From Tubulanus polymorphus (taxonomy: Eukaryota; Animalia; Nemertea): 64,000 bases of DNA. The notes beneath the pieces were generated by a model. That model did no database searches and was not told the DNA's origin. It saw only the letters and a list, made by a program, of their open reading frames with translations. The stretch is from contig NC_134028.1 in assembly GCF_964204645.1 (NCBI RefSeq), forward strand, positions 17,305,653-17,369,652. Direction: 5' to 3'. The position numbers and the translations under genes were made by a program. This document shows positions 39,990 to 51,670 of the stretch, one piece after another. Each line of letters begins with the position of its first letter. The first letter of the stretch is position 1.

Positions 39990-41435
39990 TTATTTTTTAT
40001 TATTTTTTCTTGATATCTTTTTGATATCATATTCAAAAATAATAGCACTTACAACTGTAATTAAAAATAAAATAATATGTTCAGCAGCAAAGTTAAGAAT
40101 ATTCCCAGCAGATTTCAATATAAAACCAACAATTGATGCAATAATTCCTGGTAAAGCTGCAGCAGATTTTTTAGATAGTTCCCATAAATATTTTGCTAAT
40201 TTCTTTAAACCATCTTTAACTTTATCTTGTATAGAATTATTATCATTCGGGGGTTTATCCGGTTTATTTGGAGTAGGAGTAGATTTTAAAGCATTTGATA
40301 TTGCTAAACCAATTGTTGTAAATAACATAGTTACAGCTGTTAGAATTGAAAGAATTGTTATTCCTTCTAATTTAAATAATGACTTTATTCTATCTTTCAA
40401 TGATATTTCAGAATTTGGTTTAATCAAAAAATCTTTAAAAATAACTTTTAATCTATTTATATTATAATCATATGATTTTAACAATAATTTAATTTCTTCT
40501 TTTTGTAATTCTATGTTATATTCTAAATCATCTTTTTCTTTTTCTAAACGTAATTCTTTTTGTCTATATTCTATTTCATCAATTACTTGATGATCTAAAT
40601 CAGACTTTAATTGTTCTATTTCTTTATTTTTATCAGTTAATTCTTTTTCTAAAGTTCTAATTTTAAAATCTCTTATACTTTTATCATGCGCAATTTTATC
40701 AGATGCAAGCCTTATACTTTTAATTTCTCTAATTGCTTCAACAGAAAATATATTATTTAAATCTTCTTGATCTGTTGCATCAATTAATCCATTCGGTAAA
40801 AGTTTTTCAATTGGAACTTTATTTGATTTAAGTTTACTAGTTTTGGAAGTTATATTCTGTTCAGAAGTTGTTTCTGTTTCTGATTTCTTTTTGATTATTT
40901 CAAATAATTCATTAATTCTTTGTTTAAATACGTCTATATTATCATCTCTTTCTTTTTGTGTAACATCAGTTATTTCATTACTATTACTTATTCTCTTAAT
41001 TCTAAATGTTTCTAAATTTTTCAAAGTTGATTCCGCTAATATTGTTTTTAGTTTTGTCCTTTGATTAGTGATATCAATATAATAATCAATTTTCAAACGA
41101 TAATAACATTTACCATTATCTAAAAATTTTAATTTATGTGCTAATGGTCCAACGTCTTTATCATTTATGTTAAATTCAGAATTTTCAATTATATGTTTTA
41201 ATTTAGGTATTTTGTTTAAATTATCTAAATCTTGTTTTACTAAATCTGGGTCTAAATTTTCAGGATTTAATTGTGATTCTGCATTTTTGATATAATCAGG
41301 CATATTTAAATTATTATTATATCCTGGCTCATTACCATCATTAGAACTTGTTTCACTAAAATCAGGTTGTTGTTCTTCAGTTATGCCGGGTTCATCATAC
41401 GTATCCATTCCAATATCTTCTCCTTCTACATCCAT
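39990..41435 (-). CDS. 481-aa coiled-coil protein with C-terminal hydrophobic/amphipathic helices
   Basis: Intact ORF; EGITILSILTAVTML and KSAAALPGIIASIVGFIL segments. Confidence 0.8.
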   Translation of the reverse strand: MDVEGEDIGMDTYDEPGITEEQQPDFSETSSNDGNEPGYNNNLNMPDYIKNAESQLNPENLDPDLVKQDLDNLNKIPKLKHIIENSEFNINDKDVGPLAHKLKFLDNGKCYYRLKIDYYIDITNQRTKLKTILAESTLKNLETFRIKRISNSNEITDVTQKERDDNIDVFKQRINELFEIIKKKSETETTSEQNITSKTSKLKSNKVPIEKLLPNGLIDATDQEDLNNIFSVEAIREIKSIRLASDKIAHDKSIRDFKIRTLEKELTDKNKEIEQLKSDLDHQVIDEIEYRQKELRLEKEKDDLEYNIELQKEEIKLLLKSYDYNINRLKVIFKDFLIKPNSEISLKDRIKSLFKLEGITILSILTAVTMLFTTIGLAISNALKSTPTPNKPDKPPNDNNSIQDKVKDGLKKLAKYLWELSKKSAAALPGIIASIVGFILKSAGNILNFAAEHIILFLITVVSAIIFEYDIKKISRKNNKK

Positions 41436-41451
41436 TTATATAATAAAAAAA

Positions 41452-42835
41452 TTAAAATTTAAAATATAATATTCCTCCTATAACAATTCCTATACAAGTT
41501 TATTTAGTATTTTCATGGGATTTATTATCATCATTTAGTTTAATTATATCATGTTGAATATTATCAGTTTTAATATTTTCTGCAGTATTGTAATCTTTTA
41601 TTTTAGAATCATTATTTAATTTAATATTCTTAGTTTTAGTTCCTGTTGATTGAATGTGTTTTTTATTTTTTTCACCTTCCATTAATTTTGGAGCAGTAAT
41701 AATCTTTTTATTTATATCATTCAATCCAAATGAATTATTTTTTGTTGCAGTTTTAATTAGATTATTATAACCAATTATATTTCCCATCTTTAATACTAAA
41801 TCATTAGAAATAATAAAAAGATTAGGGCCTATACAATGATTTAATCTAATATGTGATTTATCTAAATAATTTTAATATCTTACAATGTTTTCTGGAATCG
41901 ATCTATTTTTATCATTATGAATAGAATCTTCAAATAATACTTTGAATTGTTTCTGTGTATCAAATGATGTATTTAAATTTCCAATTATTGGGGATCTTGT
42001 TTCAACTTGCGCACCTAAAATACATATCAAATAAGTTCTAATAGATTGATTTATTCTTTGTATACCTGATTTTGTAAAACCTTCATTATTTTCTAAAATG
42101 AAATAAACCCAACCATTATTGTTTTCTTGTTTTAAATTATCATAAAATTTCGGTAATTTATTGAAATTAATTGTTTCTAAATCCTTGGTTTCTATTTTAC
42201 CATAACCTAATTTATTACTATAGATATTATAAAAACTATTAGATGGTATGGGAAGTGCACAATATTCTGCAATCTTTTTAGGGCAAGGAAGTGATCTTAT
42301 TGTTCCAATTTTTGTTCTAAAATCAGAATTATTTATATCTATATTAAATTCATTACAAATTTTGTAAAACTTTGATAAATTAATATTATTATCTAATTCT
42401 TTAAAATGCCTAGATCCTGGTAAAGCGCACTCTAATTCATTTAATATTATTCTGATTTGAAAGTATGGATGAAATCTAAATAAACTTTGAATTAATTTAT
42501 ATTTAGAATTATTCAAATGATCATTCCAACTAATTCCACAACCTGTTGTTGCACAAATAAACAGCAAAATTTAATTGGTTCTGCCAATACTTCATATTAG
42601 ATTTTAATAACCATTGTTTTTCATCTTTCAATTTTTTAAAATTAATTAAATATGCATGAAATATATTTTCCATCTTTGCATTAAAATTATTAGTTTCAGT
42701 AACATAAATTTCTAAATTAGTTAATGAATCTAAAACTTCATTTCTATATTGAATATCTTTATTAAAATCTATTGCTGGAATATTATAATTAATTGATTTA
42801 TTATATTGGAAAGCTTTTGGAAAACTATCTACCAT
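41452..42835 (-). pseudogene. Conserved PLV protein with C-terminal TM
   Basis: Three ORF pieces; paralog of 18293-19522. Confidence 0.8.
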
Positions 42836-42851
42836 TTATTTAATTAAAAAA

Positions 42852-43286
42852 TTAATAATTTATTAATTCTTTTAATAATTTATCTTGTTCTTCAACTGTT
42901 ATATGACCATTCAAACTTATTATATAATCTAGTGTATTCTTCAATTTATTAATTTCTTTTATATTAGTTTTAATTTTTTCTTTATTACTTTTTATATTTA
43001 ATTTTGAACTTATATCAGTTAAAACACTTGAACTTAATCCTAATACACCAATTGATATAGCTAAAGGTGTTAATGGACTGAATATTGCTAGAAATGTTAT
43101 TACAGAACTAATTGTAACCGAACCACTAATAATAAGATAATATATAATTTTACTTTTTAAATATTTTTTCTTTTTTATCTTTAAGTCACTTTCAAATTCT
43201 AATATTTGTTTTTCTACATATATTTTTAATTTATTTTTATTTATATCATGAGGAATAATATCAATACTATCAACTTTATCTTCCAT
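42852..43286 (-). CDS. Two-TM small protein
   Basis: Intact 144 aa; two hydrophobic segments; TAAATG start. Confidence 0.75.
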   Translation of the reverse strand: MEDKVDSIDIIPHDINKNKLKIYVEKQILEFESDLKIKKKKYLKSKIIYYLIISGSVTISSVITFLAIFSPLTPLAISIGVLGLSSSVLTDISSKLNIKSNKEKIKTNIKEINKLKNTLDYIISLNGHITVEEQDKLLKELINY

Positions 43287-43305
43287 TTATTTAGAAAAAA
43301 AATTA

Positions 43306-43728
43306 CTAATTAGTAAATGTATATGCTACAAATATAACAATAACTGTTCCACCTAAAATCCAAATTATTTCATATTTCTGTTGTTCTTTACTTGGGGTAT
43401 AATAATCTGATAATTGTGGTTTGTATAGATGTAATTTTTCTTTAATGGTTACTGCGTTATATAAACTCATTGCATCATCAACTGATTGAAAATCTCTATG
43501 TGAAATCTTCTGATCATATAATTCCTTGTTAATATAATCCATATAGTTTTGTCGTTTTTCTATGTATTCTTCTGCTGCCTTATCATATTTCTCTAATGCT
43601 AAATTATGTCTTCTTTGTTCTCCTAATGAACTATTTTTATCAATATGCTTAAATAAATAACCGCCACCAGTAAATGCTAAAGCGTTAACAATTGCCGATC
43701 CTATAATAGTTATAATTGCAGAAGCCAT
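43306..43728 (-). CDS. Small protein, hydrophobic N- and C-termini
   Basis: MASAIITIIGSAIVNALAFTGG...; conserved in copy 2. Confidence 0.8.
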   Translation of the reverse strand: MASAIITIIGSAIVNALAFTGGGYLFKHIDKNSSLGEQRRHNLALEKYDKAAEEYIEKRQNYMDYINKELYDQKISHRDFQSVDDAMSLYNAVTIKEKLHLYKPQLSDYYTPSKEQQKYEIIWILGGTVIVIFVAYTFTN

Positions 43729-43752
43729 TTATTTAGTAAAATAATTACGCAT

Positions 43753-43974
43753 TTATATGGGAGGAATATATTTTTGTTTTTCCAAATAATCAATAGTGAA
43801 ATTAGATAAAGTAACTGCTAATGTTAATTTTAAAATATCATTTATATCAAATCTATCAACATTAACACTTCCCATTTTAAATACTTTTTTTAATACCATT
43901 GAATAACCAACAGTTCCAACTGATAGTAATGCTCCATTATATAATCCAGTTATTATCCACTTATTATCACTCAT
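43753..43974 (-). CDS. 73-aa hydrophobic protein
   Basis: Intact in both copies and nearly identical to 20413-20634. Confidence 0.8.
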   Translation of the reverse strand: MSDNKWIITGLYNGALLSVGTVGYSMVLKKVFKMGSVNVDRFDINDILKLTLAVTLSNFTIDYLEKQKYIPPI

Positions 43975-44334
43975 TTTTTAATCAAAAAAATTACTATCTT
44001 CAAAATATTTAGTTATCTTATTTATAATTATTTCAACATTTATTTCATTACTACTTTTATGATTATCATATATTTTGGTTAATATGTTTTTGATATCATC
44101 TATGATAAAACCTTCATCTAATTCATAAAATCTTAAAGATTATCTAATTAAATTAGTAATCTTTTCTACATTTAAAGTTTCTTTATCTATTGTTGTTTCA
44201 TACTCAAATGTTGTTTCATTAGAAAATGCAATATTTTTGATATGTGTAATTACATCATTAATGTTAAATTTCATTTCTTTCTCACGTTTAAAATCAAACC
44301 CAAAACATATACTCGGTCCAACAGTTATATTCAT
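43967..44334 (-). pseudogene. Hypothetical PLV protein
   Basis: MNITVGPSICFGFDFK; intact paralog at 20627-20974. Confidence 0.7.
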
Positions 44335-44350
44335 TTATATAGTGAAAAAA

Positions 44351-45106
44351 TTACTCTTTACATCTTATAACTAATTCATATATCACAGGAAAGTTATTCA
44401 AATCAATTAAATAACCATTATGATTTCTTATTTCTAATTCAAAATTATTGAAATGTGGAATACTAGGTTCAAAATCACATTCAGCTAAATTATAATTTAT
44501 TTGCGTTCCAAATTGTTTAACATTTTTTAATGGTAAAATATTTAATATACTAGAATTACAAATTGTATCTTTAGTTGCTTCAAATGTTTTTGTTGGGTCA
44601 ATTAAATTGCAATAAATATAAAAGTGTGTAAAAGGTATTAAGTTTGATCTACCTTCTGCGTATGCTGTAACAATTTGGGTTAATTCCTAACAGTTTACCT
44701 AGAGGTTTTCTTACTGTAAATTTAAATTGTTCGTCATTAGCTAACCTAATCTTTATTTTATTAGAACTATCACTTTTTAAAATTCTAATACTAAATCCGG
44801 AATCACTTCCTAATTTAGCTCGAGCTTTTCTATTAATTTCTTGTGCTAATGTATCTAAATTATATAATCCTGGTTTTAAATATATAAAAAACCATTTATT
44901 CCTTTTTTGTAAAAGATTGAAAAAATTAAATGTTCTAGACTTTTATCCGATATATTGTAAAATGAGTTACATAAACTTATATTTACTAATTTTAAATCAA
45001 CACAATTCTTAAATTCTCTATCTAATTGTATTAGTAAATTATGTGATTTATAATTTGTAAGTTTTCTAGAATCAACAAATATTCTGTATTCTTTTAATTC
45101 TACCAT
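44351..45106 (-). pseudogene. Minor capsid (penton, single jelly-roll) protein
   Basis: IFVDSR...LDREF...SLCNSFYNI...KPGLYNL...FYIYCNLI pattern typical of Polinton/virophage mCP. Confidence 0.7.
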
Positions 45107-45174
45107 TATTTATAACATAAAAAAATTACCGCTCATCACTAAAAATTAATTTTAATAAAATTTTTCCTTAATAA

Positions 45175-46523
45175 ATGGATGAGAAGATAGCATGTGAAAT
45201 TTGTGGTGAACTTCTAAGAAAAAGTAATATGGCTCGACATATGAAAATGTGAAAATATGAAAAAAACATGATGAAAATTATAAACCCCCTAAACTAAACT
45301 GTCCAAAATGTAATAAATTATTCTCAAGAAATTATGTTAAAAAACATTCAGAGAAGTGTAAAATTAATGGCGCAACGGCTAATGTTGATAGTAATGAAAG
45401 TAATAGTAATTCTGTTGAAGTTGAACCTGAAATTATTTGAAAAAGACCTTTCTTATTCTATGACAAGGATAATATAAAAGATCATTTCTGCGAGCCTTGT
45501 CGAATAAAATATAACGCTGAAAATATAGTATAGAAGATTGGGAGAATCATCAATTTCGTAAAGTACATATAGATAAAATTTCTAATAAATTTGAAACTGA
45601 ATTCAATGAAAGAAAAAATAGTTTATTAGAAAAAATAAAATATGAGAAAACGTTACCAGATAATAAAGAAACAGTTGAAAAGTTAGAAAAACAATATAAT
45701 ATATTAACAAGAAAAACATATTATTGTAAATATTGTAAATTGATTATTACAACAAGTAATTCAAATCGACATAATAGAACAACAAAACATAAAGAAAACG
45801 TAAGAAAATACCAGGAGCTTAATGAAGATCTATTACCAATAAATTATAAACGAAAATGTCCACAATGTAGTTATGCGACCTTAAGACAAGAAGGTACTGT
45901 TATTTTGTGTTGATTGTGGATGGCAAAAGAATTTATGGGGTGAAGAAAAAACTAGAAATTTTCTCATAGATCCAAAATTAAATTATCTAGATGAAATTTT
46001 TAAAATATTTTCTATAGAAGATCATACACCAGAATATATGCAATGGCTTGAAAAATGAAAATAATAGAAAATAAAAATGGTGAAATAACTAAAAAAGATA
46101 TTATAAAAACAATTATTCCGTCAACATTTAACACAAAACAAAAGAAAATGTATTTATATTTATTATTTAACGATTATTATGAAAAACCTAAATTAACAGA
46201 AGAAGATATGGAAAATATAAAAAAAAATATTTAAACAAATATTAATGTATCATTTGGAAAATAGAATAACAGATTCAATAAATTATGAATTCTTTTTAAA
46301 TAAGATTGTAAATTATTTAAACATAGATATTATAATTCCATTTGATGAATTAACAAACAAAAAGAAACAAAGAGAGCGAGATGAAATGTGGAATAATATA
46401 ACACGTTATTTAAATGAGAAAAATGAAATGGAAGAACCTAAACAAATTATACAAGAACAATTAAATGAAAATGAAGAAGCCAATAGTGATTTCGAGTATG
46501 ATGATATTGATTTTCTGTTTTAA
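45175..46523 (+). pseudogene. Multi-zinc-finger protein, decayed
   Basis: CEICGELLRKSNMARH, CPKCNKLF, YCKYCK...RHNRTTKH, CPQC. Confidence 0.65.
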
Positions 46524-49500
46524 TGGCCATAAGGTAATGTTTTTATACCATCATCTAAAATATGCCTTTTATCATCAAATTGATTCAAACTAGTTTTTTC
46601 AACTTCATTAATGTACATCTCGTGATCTTCTGATCTTAAACAATTCATTTTGTGTTTCATTACAATTGAGTTATATAAACACTTTATATAATCTTGGAAT
46701 TCTATATGTTTATCAACCACATGTTTTGTTATTCCTTTTAACTTTTTAGCTTCATAATCTTATGTTCTGTAACTATACATTCTACTTCTTATCCCAACAA
46801 ATTCAATCATTTCATCACCCCCTAATTCATCTTTAAACTTACCAGGAATCTTTTTATTATCATTGCTAAATAGTTCATGATCTTTGGGATAATTGCTAAA
46901 ATCAAAATGATGTTTTAATGTTTTTAAGTCTTTTGTTATGTCATTTGTCTTGATTTTTAGTATGTAGGCGTCCGTATTTTTGGCTATTAATGGAAATCCA
47001 CAGTTAAATGTACCATCTTCAGTTGATAAATCATAAACATAATCTGTTGGGTTATATATTTCAAATAAATCTTTAACTTCTTCAGTTAAATCTTTTTCTG
47101 TGTGGCTTAAATTAAAGCAATTTGGTTTAGATTTAATCAATCCAATATTCATATTGAAGCCTAATGAATTACATAATATATTTAACCCTGAAGTAGCAAC
47201 TTTTCCTTTCTGTGCAAAGGTTATCTTTTTATCCTTTGTAAATTTTTTAGCACCATCTGCTGCGTAGAATCCAATGAAGAACCATAATCTGGAACTATCT
47301 TTTCTTTAGTTGAAGTATTATTTTTAACTATTGCATGAATATAGAATTCATCATTATATTTTATAGCAAAATCTTTAGGATTGTTTACAAGTATTCTATA
47401 AACTGCTGTTGATTTCATATGATCCATGATTCTAAATGTTTTATGTGAATAAACTTCTTCACAGAATTTCTTAATTCTTTCTAATAATTTTAAGTCTTGA
47501 TTGCATAAATACTTACAATATTTATTACCCCAAACATAATTATACACACCTGCTGAACCATCTCCCATGAAAAATCCTTTGATAAAATATTCTTTTTCTT
47601 CTAATGTTTCGGGTTCTATGTTATAAGTATTATCAGTAATTTCATCAAATGACATATGATTCATTCTTTGGAAAAATCATTTATGTAATAATTCATCTAG
47701 AATTTTTATATCAGTTGGTTTTATTTCATCACCATTTCGTTTAATTAAACTATGATCTTCTGTAACATCTACAAACCCTAATTTAGTTCTAAATCTATAG
47801 ATTTTCTTATTTGTTTTATGCTTAATAATATTCTTTAATTTTTTCCACCCATTTCTTGTCCAAACATCCATTAATTCATTTATTTGTATTAATTCTTTTT
47901 CACCGTATGAAATATAACATTCATTTTGTTTTGGAATTATTTCTGATATTCTTCTTATCAATATTTTATCATTACATTTTAATAATATTGGGGTGTCAGC
48001 TGTTACAGAATCAAAATATAATATTTCAATATGCTTTTCCCCAAAAAGTGGTTGTAAAACATTATAATAAAAATCATACATTAATAATTTTGATACTTCT
48101 AAAACAGTTGAACCAATGAATATAGGTTTATTAAATTTCATTGACGTTCTTTTTAATTTAACTGCTGTTAAATAATCTTCAAATCTTTTATTTCCTAAAT
48201 GTCTAGGACTTGATTGTAAATGTCTTAATCTTTCAGAATTATTTACTAATTCAATATCATTTCCATTTCTAATATTTTCGCATGTTTTACCATAAAAACT
48301 ATTATTCATTAATTTGAAGAAATCTTTTTCAAAATCTGTTTTTGATATGGTTCTCAGTTGAGTATTGAAATCTATATATTTTTCTAACCACTTTGATTGA
48401 TTAAATTCAATATATCTATGTACTTTCTTTAATTTCATTCCTTGTTTTAGATAAAATTTTAACATTCTATAATGAACGATATAATTGTATTTATTATTTT
48501 GAGTAAGTATTAATTTTTCTGTAAAAACATGATCTTTCGGTTTTATTTTCTTCTGGTATTCACTTAAATAACTATCATCTACAGTTAAATGTTTTTGGCA
48601 ATAAGGTAAGTTTCTTGTTTTAAACTTTATATTTTCAGGATATTCTAAATCAACTACAAAGAAATAACCAATTGGTGCTTCATCTTCTAAACTCATAATT
48701 GCGCTTTCCCAATTAGTTTAATCATCATTTTCAACTTCTGTTAAGATAAAATTTTTATACGGTTGAGGTTGCATCATTGCCCAGCCATATAAATTATTGG
48801 CGTCAATATATAATAATTTATATTCATCATTTGCTTTAAAATATCTATCTCCCATAACACCACTAATTCCACCTCTAATTGATTTTTCAAATAATAAAAC
48901 CATATCTGGTTCCTTTAATAAATCTAATTCTACATTTGTATATTTTAAACCACATTGCCGGGGTAAACCAGAACTAGAGTAGCAATAACAAGGATCAACA
49001 TTAAAATGATTCAAATTAACTTCTCTAAATTTTTCAAATATGTCAGCCAATATCATAACATCTGATTTTAAATATAAATCAACTAATTCGCCATGATTTT
49101 TCATCTTAAAATGGTTCCAAATACCTAATGTTCTATTAAATACTTCGTCTTTCACATACTCCTCTTTTAATTGATCATAAAATTCTGTTACATTAAAATC
49201 ATTGTGTTTTTTATAAAATGAATAAGGAATTGCGCCTTTATATCTCAATAATTTAAAATCTTGTTCATTTGGATAATAATATCGAGTTATAACAAAATCA
49301 TTATCAACTAAACTTTTTGATAAATTATCTAATGAACTTGCTAGAAATCTATAAGAATCTAAAAATCTAATGCAACCAAATTGAAATGAAATATAATTTT
49401 CAGATGTTTTAGCTAATAGTTTAAAATCATATTTTCTTACATTTACACCATTCATAGCATTATATTCTTCTATTTCTTGCATAATTGTGCCCAATTTCCT

Positions 49501-51519
49501 TGATAATTGTTTTATAAATAGATGGGTATCATAGCCTGATAAATCATGAAATAATCTTGGAACGAAATTTACTTTTTTAGCTTGTAAATTACAATCTTCA
49601 TGAGCAGCTCCACGATATGTTGAATTTAAATGATCATGATCTCTAACTTTTTTATCAAATGAATAAAAACGTTTTTCACAATAACAACAATGAGTTGCAT
49701 AATTAAAATCAATTTCATCTTCTTTTTTCATAACTATTCTTTTATTTTTGTTTAATAATTTTGCAAAATCACTTTCTAATTCAATCATTTTATCACAAAA
49801 ATCATTAACTACATTTTCACCTCTAAAAGAAATATATTGACTTTCATATAACATAAGCAGCAGCTCTTTGATGAACTTTTTAAATTGTATTTATAATTGG
49901 TGGGTCTTGTGTTGTGTCTTCATTTAATTCATTTCCTTTATCCATTGATTTTAATAATTGCTTTTTGTTATATATTTCTTTTCTATCTTGATCAGTTAAT
50001 TCTTTATTCAACGATTCAAAATCCCCATAAATTACAAATGGAACAATGTTCTTATATGATTTTATGATTAGTAAATTTCAATTTATAATCTTTTTCTGTT
50101 GGCATTATCAATTTGCAAAAATCTTTATTATCACATAATTCTTTATGTTTTAATAATGTATTCTCAGTCATAAATTTAGATAAACATTTTCTACATAGAA
50201 AAATTTTATTATGGTGATCACTTTCTGTTCTAAAGAATAAATCAATTTGTTTTAACCACATATAATGTTCATTTTCATCTTTTTTGTAATATAACAAATC
50301 TATAGCATTTTAATCATCATAATATTCTGTTAAATATAAAGCTTCCAATGTATAATCTTTAATATTTTCACCCTTTGTCTTTGGTAATTGCATTAATTCA
50401 AATACATTTATTTTTAAATTATTAACTTTTTCTATTTTAGGAATCATTTTTATAGTTACTGGATATTGATCAATTTTATATAATGTTTCATATTTCCGGT
50501 AATTTGTTATTCTAAAACTATGCGTCATATCTTCTGTTGGGTGTAAACAACTAATAATTGACCATAGGAAACATTTATTATCTTCATTTTGAACATTTAT
50601 TACTGCTTTTGTTGTAAATGGTAATTTAATATAAGATGATGCTTTAATATCCTTTTCTGTTGTAAAGTTTGAATCATTTTTAAACATTTTATTACTTTTT
50701 GATGTTTTATTCCTTTTTGTATTGTAAACATTTAAATCTAAATATATAATTTCATTCAATGTTAAGCCAGAACCCTCAAAATATCTTTCTTCAATATGAC
50801 GTTTAAATTCATTAAATATTTTTTCTAACTTCTCTTTTATTTGTGATTTTGAAATTATTTCGTCAGAGTGTGTTTGAATATTATAATTCATTTTTTCTTC
50901 TGACTTTATAAATCTTACTTTCCCAGAGATACTAATTTTTGGATATTCAACATCTGTTATCAAATCTAGTATTTTTTCTATTATTTCATTAAATTTACTA
51001 TAATCTTCTATTGTTGTTCCTTTAAAAAATCTAAATATAATAGCTGCAGGACAAATTTTACTATGTAATGTTTCTAAAATTTCAATTGTATCTTTTATTT
51101 CTAGTGAATCAATATAATTTCTAACATTTTCCATGTAAGGTTTATTTGAAATTGATTTAGTTTTTGAAGTTGGTTTTTTTACTTGTTGAGGTTTATCATC
51201 AAAATAACCTTTTCCTAAAACATTATTACTCAAATTTTGGCGGTGTTTTTGTGATTCGAGATGTCTATTATAATTCCTTTTTACTATAAATTCATTACAA
51301 ACTTCACATTTTATTTCATCCACATTCATATTTTCTAATCTTTCTTTTCTTTCATTGGAATTTTCTGGAGTTTCAAAATCTATTACATTTTTTATATGAT
51401 TTGCAGTTTTTTCATGTCGTGATTTTTGGGATTTATCAATGTATTTTTTTACAATATTGACAATAATATTGATTTTTATTAACATTAGTGTTTTCTGGCT
51501 GGTGTTCATTCTCCCCCAT
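46520..51519 (-). pseudogene. polB: Protein-primed family B DNA polymerase containing an intein
   Basis: ZnF N-terminus, NEDNKCFLWS/HYMW, RDHDHLN..YRGAAH, FHDLSGYDTH, YIDANNLYGWAM, KLMNNSFYGK, YFD|intein|TDAY, GKFKDE, DDKR. Confidence 0.95.
46976..48009 (-). mobile_element. Intein with LAGLIDADG homing endonuclease in pPolB motif C
   Basis: Block A SVTADTPILL, block B VDVTEDHSL, EN motifs FIKGFFMGDGS and FFIGFYAADG, block F YVYDLSTEDGTF, block G LIAKN|T. Confidence 0.93.
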
Positions 51520-51608
51520 TTATTAGGAAAAAAAATTACTTGTGGTGATGAGTGGTGTCTCGACCGCTCGACCTCTGGTATGAAAGCCTACTTTCCCAAT
51601 TACTTACT
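51515..51608 (-). repeat. Right TIR (includes the pPolB start codon)
   Basis: Reverse complement of 34327-34417 plus an extra terminal TACT. Confidence 0.95.
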
Positions 51609-51617
51609 GTGTGTGTG

Positions 51618-51661
<44 letters not shown>

Positions 51662-51670
51662 TGTGTGTGT
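51609..51670. repeat. (GT)n(GCGT)n microsatellite flanking the right TIR
   Basis: Direct reading. Confidence 0.95.

Larger units (their letters stand above)
34327..51608 (-). mobile_element. Full-length Polinton/Maverick-like endogenous virus (copy 3, ~17.3 kb)
   Basis: ~90-bp near-identical TIRs with AGT...ACT termini; pPolB, integrase, ATPase, MCP and mCP genes. Confidence 0.95.

Noticed and set aside
39985-40467. 160-aa plus-strand ORF (also 57578-58003, 35882-36157, 32452-32880)
   Set aside because: Antisense shadows of real genes on the other strand
47665-47679. TGA read-through or alternative genetic code in the intein
   Set aside because: Stops of several types plus frameshifts occur throughout the elements, consistent with decay or sequencing error
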